Shown one piece after another: positions 41,039-47,671 of a stretch of DNA of 47,671 nucleotides; positions within the stretch are counted from its first letter, which is position 1; each line of letters starts with the position of its first letter. The notes under the pieces were generated by a model. The model saw only the letters and a list, made by a program, of their open reading frames with translations, did not search any database and was not told the DNA's origin. The position numbers were made by a program, and so were the translations under genes. The DNA lies in NCBI GenBank assembly GCA_964647405.1, contig CAZYHW010000002.1:4130-51800 (forward strand), read 5' to 3'. This stretch comes from an uncultured Prevotellamassilia sp. GTDB lineage: Bacteria > Bacteroidota > Bacteroidia > Bacteroidales > Bacteroidaceae.

Positions 41039-42028
41039 ATGAAAGAGATAAAAAGCATACAATGGGGCTTCATCGGTTGCGGGGAAGTGACCGAGAAAAA
41101 GAGCGGGCCGGCCTTCAACCTGGTACCCGGCTCGAAGGTGACCGCCGTCATGAGCCGCAACGCGGAGAAAGCGCGCTCATACGCCGAACGCCACCACATC
41201 CCGCGATGGTACACCGACCCGCAGGAACTGGTGGACGACCCGGATGTCAACGCCATATACATCGCCACCCCGCCCTCGACGCACGCCACGTATGCCATCA
41301 TGGCCATGAAATCGGGCAAGCCCGTCTATGTGGAGAAACCGCTCGCTTCGAACTACGAGGATTGCTGCCGCGTCAACCGCATCGCGGAAAAGACAGGCGT
41401 TCCCTGCTTCGTGGCCTACTACCGCCGCAATCTGCCCTACTTCCAGAAGGTCGGAGAATTGCTGCGGAACAAGGCCATCGGCCACGTCATCAACGCGCAA
41501 ATACGCTTCGCCGTTCCCCCGCGCGACCTGGACTACAACCGAACCAACCTGCCCTGGCGCGTGCAGCCCGACATAGCCGGAGGCGGATACTTCTACGACC
41601 TGGCACCCCACCAGATAGACCTGCTTCAACAGTTCTTTGGCCCCATCATCGAGGCCAAGGGTTACAAGGCGAACCGCGGCGGCCTCTACGACACGGAAGA
41701 CACCGTCAGCGCGTGCTTCCGCTTCGACTCCGGCCTTCCCGGCTCTGGGTCGTGGTGCTTCGTGGCGCACGAGTCCGCCAAAGAGGACAGGATTGAAATC
41801 ATCGGCGACCGGGGGATGCTGTGCTTCTCCGTCTTCAATTACGCCCCTATCAGCCTGCAAACGGAAGACGGATGCCAAGAATTCACCATCCCGAATCCCG
41901 AACATGTCCAGCTCCCGCTCATCCGCCTCGTCGTCGAGCATTTGCAGGGACTGTCCATCTGCGACTGCGACAGCGTGAGTGCCACGCCCGTCAACTGGGT
42001 TGTCGACCGCATCCTGGGCAAGCTCTGA
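41039..42028 (+). CDS. Gfo/Idh/MocA family oxidoreductase
   Basis: WGFIGCG, YIATPP, YVEKP, VAYYRR and GGGYFYDLAPH; ATG 41039 follows TATCTTTG at 41025-41032. Confidence 0.92.
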   Translation: MKEIKSIQWGFIGCGEVTEKKSGPAFNLVPGSKVTAVMSRNAEKARSYAERHHIPRWYTDPQELVDDPDVNAIYIATPPSTHATYAIMAMKSGKPVYVEKPLASNYEDCCRVNRIAEKTGVPCFVAYYRRNLPYFQKVGELLRNKAIGHVINAQIRFAVPPRDLDYNRTNLPWRVQPDIAGGGYFYDLAPHQIDLLQQFFGPIIEAKGYKANRGGLYDTEDTVSACFRFDSGLPGSGSWCFVAHESAKEDRIEIIGDRGMLCFSVFNYAPISLQTEDGCQEFTIPNPEHVQLPLIRLVVEHLQGLSICDCDSVSATPVNWVVDRILGKL

Positions 42029-42094
42029 CCCGGACACGGGGAAACGTTTACGCGGATTCGCATACAGGAAAACAAAACAGCCCGTCGGAAAAAC

Positions 42095-42694
42095 ATGGCT
42101 CAACATCACGCCGCGCTTGAAACCCATCCCCTCGCCCCGTTCCTGCCCGACGGCGCACGGCTGCTCATGCTGGGTAGCTTTCCCCCGCCACGCAAACGCT
42201 GGTCCATGGAGTTCTTCTACCCGAACCTGCAAAACGACATGTGGCGCATACTCGGCTACATCTTTTTCGGCGACAAGAACCATTTCGTGGACGCAACGCG
42301 GAAATGCTTCCGCCGCGATGACATCATCGCCTTTGCCTCCGGGATAGGCCTTGCCCTCTACGACACGGCCCATGTCGTGCGGCGGCTGCAAGGAAACGCC
42401 TCCGACAAATTCCTCGAAGTGGTCGAGCCGACAGACATCACGGCCTTGTTGCGACAGATTCCCACCTGCCAGGCCATCGTCGCCACCGGACAGAAAGCCA
42501 TAGACACGCTGTGCAGACTGTACGATACCGAGGCACCCGCCGTAGGTAGCCACGTGAACCTGTCCGTCGACGGGCGCACGCTGTCCCTGTACCGCATGCC
42601 AAGCAGCAGCCGTGCCTATCCCATGAAAGTAGAAGAAAAGGCCGAAGTATATAAACAAATGTTCGCTGAACTGGGGATGCTTCCCCACATGTAG
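42095..42694 (+). CDS. uracil-DNA glycosylase superfamily protein (family 6/hypoxanthine glycosylase-like)
   Basis: LMLGSFPP, FFYPNLQNDMW and RMPSSSRA. Confidence 0.8.
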   Translation: MAQHHAALETHPLAPFLPDGARLLMLGSFPPPRKRWSMEFFYPNLQNDMWRILGYIFFGDKNHFVDATRKCFRRDDIIAFASGIGLALYDTAHVVRRLQGNASDKFLEVVEPTDITALLRQIPTCQAIVATGQKAIDTLCRLYDTEAPAVGSHVNLSVDGRTLSLYRMPSSSRAYPMKVEEKAEVYKQMFAELGMLPHM

Positions 42695-42709
42695 GCGACG
42701 AGCCTATCT

Positions 42710-42744
42710 AAAAAAGCCGTCCCGCCCCAACGGGACAGGACGGC
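42710..42744 (-). terminator. terminator between convergent UDG-like and rlmI genes
   Basis: GCCGTCC...GGACGGC stem; A6 on + strand gives a minus-strand T run. Confidence 0.6.
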
Positions 42745-42772
42745 AAATAGCACAACAGACGGCCGGGAAATA

Positions 42773-43957
42773 TTACTCGACTTGCAAGACAAGTCCTTTC
42801 AGGTATTCCCCCTCCGGATGGTAGATGTTTACAGGGTGGTCGGCGGGCTGGTGAAGCTGGTGCAGGATGCGCACATGACGGCCGCTTTGCGCCGCCGCCG
42901 TGAAGACGGCCAAGCGGAACTGTTCCTTGCTGACGGCCTGCGAACAGCTGAATGTGAAGAGGATGCCGCCCGGATGTATCTTCGAGATAGCCATCGCGTT
43001 CAAACGGGTATACCCCTTGATGGCATTGCGCAGGGCTTCCTTATGCTTGGCAAAGGCCGGAGGGTCAAGGACAATCAAGTCGTAGTCGTTCCCCATCTTG
43101 TCGAGATAGCGGAAAGCGTCCTCGGCGAATGCCTCATGGCGGTTGTCATCCGGGAAGTTCAATCCGACATTCTCACGCGTCAAGTCGATAGCCTTGCTGC
43201 TGCTGTCGACGGAATGGACAAGCTCCGCCCCGCCGCGTAAGGCATAGACGGAAAAACCGCCCGTATAGCAGAACATATTGAGCACACGGCGACCCTTGGC
43301 GTAATGTTCAAGGAGATTGCGGTTGTCCCTTTGGTCGATGAAGAAACCCGTTTTCTGTCCGCGCAACCAGTCGATTCGGAAACGCAGGCCGCATTCCGTG
43401 GCCACATCGCAGGTACTTCCGCCTCGGATGAAGCCGTCCTGCAACCTCCATTCCTCCCGGTAAGGCAAGGTGGTCTCTGACTTATAAAAGACATTCCTTA
43501 TCCCGCATCCCGGGATGGCGAGCAGTTCATCCGCCACAGCCTCACGCTCCACGTGCATACCGGTCGAATGAGCCTGCACGACGGCAGTGTCTCCGTAAAC
43601 GTCGACCACCAGTCCCGGCAGGCGGTCGCCTTCGCCATGAACCAGGCGGTAGATGTCGTTGTCGTCGCGCCGGGCAATGCCGATGGCGCAACGCAGGCGG
43701 TAAGCCTCGGCCAGACGCTTGCGCCAAAAGGCCGCGTCGATGGCGATGTCCTCAAACGACAACACCCGGACGGCTATCGAGCCCGGCTGATAGTGTCCCA
43801 CGGCCAGGAAGTCGCCGGCCTCGTTGAGCACACGCACCGTGTCGCCCGCCGATACGCCTTCTTCGACATGGGCAAGGGCTCCCGAAAAAATCCAAGGGTG
43901 GAAACGCTTCAAGCTCTCGGCTTTCCCGCGCCGCAGCGTCACTGACTTATATTTCAT
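42773..43957 (-). CDS. rlmI: 23S rRNA m5C1962 methyltransferase (RlmI family)
   Basis: PUA domain HPWIFSG, HGEGDRLPGLVVD, GQKTGFFIDQR, VLNMFCYTGGFS and IVLDPPAF. Confidence 0.9.
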   Translation of the reverse strand: MKYKSVTLRRGKAESLKRFHPWIFSGALAHVEEGVSAGDTVRVLNEAGDFLAVGHYQPGSIAVRVLSFEDIAIDAAFWRKRLAEAYRLRCAIGIARRDDNDIYRLVHGEGDRLPGLVVDVYGDTAVVQAHSTGMHVEREAVADELLAIPGCGIRNVFYKSETTLPYREEWRLQDGFIRGGSTCDVATECGLRFRIDWLRGQKTGFFIDQRDNRNLLEHYAKGRRVLNMFCYTGGFSVYALRGGAELVHSVDSSSKAIDLTRENVGLNFPDDNRHEAFAEDAFRYLDKMGNDYDLIVLDPPAFAKHKEALRNAIKGYTRLNAMAISKIHPGGILFTFSCSQAVSKEQFRLAVFTAAAQSGRHVRILHQLHQPADHPVNIYHPEGEYLKGLVLQVE

Positions 43958-44585
43958 AAGCTTCTTCCTGAATGGTCGTCACCACGCGGTAATTCCCCGT
44001 GACACGAGCCTGTTCGAGTTCTTCGTACAATACAAGGCACGCCCAGGCATCGAGGGCGGCATACTTCTTCTGTCGTTCGGTCAGGACGTCGGCCTCCCAA
44101 TTCGAGCGCTGCTGCGCTTTGCTGATGCGCTTACCGAAAATGTTCGCATAGAGTTTCTGCAAACTCTGGTCCTTGATGCCAAAAGGCTTGACGTAGGTTT
44201 GCAAATCCACAAAGTTGTTCAGTTCAACGTCCGTGCGTTCACGAATCATCATGAAGTCGTCTTTGAGCGACAGCCCCACCTTGCGCACTGACTTGTCAGA
44301 CAGGTAGCTGCACAAGGCCGGCGGCAAGCCGATACGGTTCAGCCGGAAAAGGAAACAGACATCGTGGACGGCTATCTGCATCAAGGCGACCTTGTGCGCT
44401 TGTCCTTTCTTGAACGAGGGACGTGTCTCCGTGTCGAAGCCGGACAAGGGGAACGTGCGCAGGAAAGACACGGCACGCTCGGCCTCGGACACCGACTGAA
44501 TGACCACGATACGGCCGCCGAAATCCATGACAGGCATCTGTTGCAACTCAGCCTTGTCAATCGCGTCTCTGATTATCCGTATCAT
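43947..44585 (-). CDS. 3'-5' exonuclease (DEDDy, RNase D/WRN-like)
   Basis: GFDTETRP and SNWEADVLTERQKKYAALDAW. Confidence 0.88.
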   Translation of the reverse strand: MIRIIRDAIDKAELQQMPVMDFGGRIVVIQSVSEAERAVSFLRTFPLSGFDTETRPSFKKGQAHKVALMQIAVHDVCFLFRLNRIGLPPALCSYLSDKSVRKVGLSLKDDFMMIRERTDVELNNFVDLQTYVKPFGIKDQSLQKLYANIFGKRISKAQQRSNWEADVLTERQKKYAALDAWACLVLYEELEQARVTGNYRVVTTIQEEAYEI

Positions 44586-45121
44586 TGTCCGTCCGCCTCC
44601 TCATCCGGCAAGCTGCCGTACCTCACGTCGTGCAGGGCGCGCAAGGCGTTCAGCAAGGTCTGCCCCCAAGCCATCTCAAACTGCGCCAGAACCTCGGCGA
44701 GCGCCACTTGCATCGCATCGTCGAACCCTTGGCGATAAACTTCCACGAAGTTACGCAGGGCTTGGTATATATCGGCGACATCCTCGCTCACCTGCCGGTG
44801 AATCGGTGTCTCGGAATATTTGAAGTCGGACAGGAACACGTCCAGATAGTCGTCATAAGTTCCCATGATGTCGGCCACCGAGCGGCGCACATAGTCATAA
44901 TCGTCTTCCGTGACGGGATGTTCCACGTACCCCTCATACTCATCGGTAGGGTCAACAAGGGAGGCTTTCAGATATATCATAGGGAACAGTTTCCGCATCA
45001 CATCGACAAAATCTCGACGTGGCACGCCTTGGCATTGTTCCACGTATTTACAGAACTCGGCCGCCACTGTCACGAAGTCAATAACCGGCCTTGAATAAAT
45101 CAACTTTGCGCTATTCTCCAT
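44582..45121 (-). CDS. DUF5063 family protein
   Basis: FVTVAAEFC, PMIYLKAS, DDYLDVF, SEDVADIYQ and WGQTLLNALRALH. Confidence 0.8.
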   Translation of the reverse strand: MENSAKLIYSRPVIDFVTVAAEFCKYVEQCQGVPRRDFVDVMRKLFPMIYLKASLVDPTDEYEGYVEHPVTEDDYDYVRRSVADIMGTYDDYLDVFLSDFKYSETPIHRQVSEDVADIYQALRNFVEVYRQGFDDAMQVALAEVLAQFEMAWGQTLLNALRALHDVRYGSLPDEEADGQ

Positions 45122-45216
45122 CTTTCAGAAATGCGGCGCAAAATTACAAAAAAGGAAGGGAATGCCCGGAGTTATTGTCGCGAAACAAGTATTTTTGCAA
45201 AGCCAATCTGAACACT

Positions 45217-47670
45217 ATGCGTGGAAAAAGAAAGAAAGAGCCGAAATCCGGTTTCAAGTCCGTGGCCGAAGCCGGAGGCATCAAAGAAATCCTTCAAGGC
45301 GAGACCCTGCGTTTCATCCTTGGGTTGGTCGCCCTGTTAGTCGCCCTTTTCTTGCTATTGGCTTTCAGCTCCAATTTCGTCACCGGCACGATGGACCAAA
45401 GCGGCGTAATCGCCGGCAACCTCACCGAACCGGCCAACTATGGCGGGCGGATTGGAGCCTTGGTGGCCTATTATTTCATGCACGAATGCTTTGGAATCTC
45501 TTCCTACTTTATCCCCGTGTTCCTCTTCTTTTGCAGCATGAAACTCATGAGTGCCTACAAGGTGCGCCTGTGGAAGTGGTTCATCAATTGCGCGTTCCTG
45601 ATGGTGTGGTCGTCCGTCATGCTGGCGTTCAGCATCCCCGACGATTGGGTGAACGGACTGGCGTTCCTCCCGGGAGGAGGCCACGGCGACTACATCTGTC
45701 ACGCACTTTCTGAGCAAATCGGGAAACCCGGACTCTTCATCCTGCTCGCCGCCACGGCTCTTTGCTACCTTGCCTACGTCAGCCGGGAAACAATCATCAT
45801 CGTCAGGCGGTTGCTCAACCCGAAAGAGTATTTCGACAAAAGACGTGCGGCAAAAGCCGACTCGACCAGTGAAAAGAATACCACGGATGCCCCCGAGCCA
45901 CAGTCGGACAGTATAGAAGAGGCTGAAAAAGAGTACGTCGACACGCCGACCATTACGCTCGACTTGGACAAAGAGCCTGGCGGCAAACAGCCTGCACTCA
46001 TCCTCGAAACAGAGACTGTACAGGAAGAAAAAACAAGTCGCCGGACAGAATCAACAGACGGGCTATCCGACGAAACAACTCCCCTGACTGTCGAGCAGGG
46101 GAAGGCGACCGAAAAAGCATCCGGGAAAACAGTGGCCGAAATCAGCGAGATGGAACCCTACGATCCACGGAAAGACTTGGAAAACTATCGTTTCCCGACG
46201 CTCGACCTGCTCAAAAAATATACGGACAGCGTTCCCCAGATTGACATGGAGGAGCAAAACTCGAACAAGGACCGCATCATCTCCGTGCTGCGCGACTTCG
46301 GTGTAGAGATTTCAAGCATCAAGGCGACCATCGGCCCGACGGTGACACTCTACGAGATAACCCCGGCGCAAGGCGTGCGCATCAATAAAATCCGCAACCT
46401 TGAAGACGACATCGCCCTCAACCTGAGTGCCCTCGGCATCCGCATCATCGCCCCCATCCCGGGCAAGGGAACCATCGGCATAGAAGTCCCTAACAAGAAC
46501 CCGCAGATTGTCTCCATGGAAAGCATCCTCAACAGCAAGAAATTCCAAGAGACACAATTCGACCTGCCCATCGCCTTGGGGAAGACTATCACCAACGAGG
46601 TCTTCATGGTCGACCTGGCAAAGATGCCCCACCTGCTCGTGGCGGGAGCCACAGGGCAGGGAAAATCCGTCGGACTGAACGCCATCATCACGTCGCTGCT
46701 CTACAAAAAGCATCCGGCAGAACTCAAATTAGTCATGGTCGACCCGAAAAAAGTGGAGCTCAGCGTATATTCCCCCATAGAGAACCACTACCTCGCCAAG
46801 ATACCCGGCGAGGGCGATCCCATCATCACGGATGTCACGAAAGTCGTCCAGACGTTGAAGAGCCTCTGCGTGCTCATGGACCATCGCTACGACCTCCTCA
46901 AAAAGGCCAAGGTGAGGAACATCAAGGAGTACAACGCCAAGTTCCTCTCCCGGTTGCTCAACCCGGAGAACGGACACGACTTCATGCCCTATATCGTGGT
47001 CATCATCGACGAGTTCGGCGACCTCATCATGACCGCAGGAAAGGAAGTCGAGCTCCCCATTGCCCGCATCGCCCAGCTGGCCCGGGCCGTCGGCATACAC
47101 ATGGTCATCGCCACGCAACGCCCCACGACAAACATCATCACGGGCTCCATCAAGGCTAACTTCCCTGCCCGCATGGCCTTCAAAGTCATTTCGGGCACCG
47201 ACAGCAAGACCATACTCGACCGCACCGGAGCCAACCAGCTTGTCGGGAAAGGCGACATGCTCTTCCTCTGCGGGAACGACCCCGTCCGCGTACAGTGTGC
47301 CTTCGTCGACACTCCCGAGGTCGAGCGCATCAACTCGTTCATCAGTAAACAGCAGAGCTACGCCTCTGCCTATCCCCTCCCCGATATTCCTCTCGACAGC
47401 GAAGGGAAAACGGACGGGGATTCGGCTTCACTGGACTCCGGTTCCATCGACCCGCTTTTCGAGGAGGCCGCCCGCCTCGTCACCATACATCAGCTGGGCT
47501 CGACATCACTCATCCAGCGTAAGTTCTCCATCGGCTACAACCGGGCGGGTCGCATCATGGATCAGCTCGAAAAGGCCGGCATCGTGGGACCGACGCAAGG
47601 GAGCAAGCCGCGCGACGTGTTCTGTGCGGACGAAGTAGATTTGGAACAGAAACTGTCAAGTATCAGATAA
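45217..47670 (+). CDS. ftsK: DNA translocase FtsK
   Basis: N-terminal TM domain, linker, PHLLVAGATGQGKS, IIDEFGDL, ATQRP and gamma domain IGYNRAGRIMD; ATG 45217 follows TATTTTTG at 45190-45197. Confidence 0.97.
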   Translation: MRGKRKKEPKSGFKSVAEAGGIKEILQGETLRFILGLVALLVALFLLLAFSSNFVTGTMDQSGVIAGNLTEPANYGGRIGALVAYYFMHECFGISSYFIPVFLFFCSMKLMSAYKVRLWKWFINCAFLMVWSSVMLAFSIPDDWVNGLAFLPGGGHGDYICHALSEQIGKPGLFILLAATALCYLAYVSRETIIIVRRLLNPKEYFDKRRAAKADSTSEKNTTDAPEPQSDSIEEAEKEYVDTPTITLDLDKEPGGKQPALILETETVQEEKTSRRTESTDGLSDETTPLTVEQGKATEKASGKTVAEISEMEPYDPRKDLENYRFPTLDLLKKYTDSVPQIDMEEQNSNKDRIISVLRDFGVEISSIKATIGPTVTLYEITPAQGVRINKIRNLEDDIALNLSALGIRIIAPIPGKGTIGIEVPNKNPQIVSMESILNSKKFQETQFDLPIALGKTITNEVFMVDLAKMPHLLVAGATGQGKSVGLNAIITSLLYKKHPAELKLVMVDPKKVELSVYSPIENHYLAKIPGEGDPIITDVTKVVQTLKSLCVLMDHRYDLLKKAKVRNIKEYNAKFLSRLLNPENGHDFMPYIVVIIDEFGDLIMTAGKEVELPIARIAQLARAVGIHMVIATQRPTTNIITGSIKANFPARMAFKVISGTDSKTILDRTGANQLVGKGDMLFLCGNDPVRVQCAFVDTPEVERINSFISKQQSYASAYPLPDIPLDSEGKTDGDSASLDSGSIDPLFEEAARLVTIHQLGSTSLIQRKFSIGYNRAGRIMDQLEKAGIVGPTQGSKPRDVFCADEVDLEQKLSSIR
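46033..46070. repeat. probable intragenic copy of the palindrome array (2 units) in the ftsK linker
   Basis: ACAAGTCGcCGGACAGA-atca-ACAGACGGgCTATCCGA; centres at 46041 and 46062 (21 bp apart). Confidence 0.55.
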
Positions 47671-47671
47671 C

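Overview
A GC-rich Bacteroidales (Prevotellaceae-like, inferred) chromosomal segment. It carries mostly housekeeping genes: purA, rubrerythrin/PerR, DPP III, trkH/trkA, dxs, rho, two ABC-F ATPases, thiE-like, prs, class III fbp, grpE-dnaJ-folC, rlmI and ftsK. It also has tRNA-Arg(CCG), several secreted hydrolases (GH29 fucosidase, GEVED protein, M6 protease, multidomain sulfatase) and four DNA-glycosylase-like genes. Bacteroidetes-type TAnnTTTG promoter elements precede many transcription units. I found no integrase, transposase or cas gene. The main unexplained signal is a dispersed family of short arrays: 3-5 copies of a 17-bp imperfect palindrome (consensus ACAAGTCG-S-CGACYYGT) separated by 4-bp spacers, giving a strict 21-bp period (two helical turns). 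Ten intergenic arrays occur every 2-6.5 kb across the window, and a probable eleventh lies in frame inside the ftsK linker. Two arrays sit inside diverged copies of a ~330-bp element, one of which is flanked by a duplicated promoter and start-codon region. Gene calls come from motif recognition in the translations only; no database searches were run.
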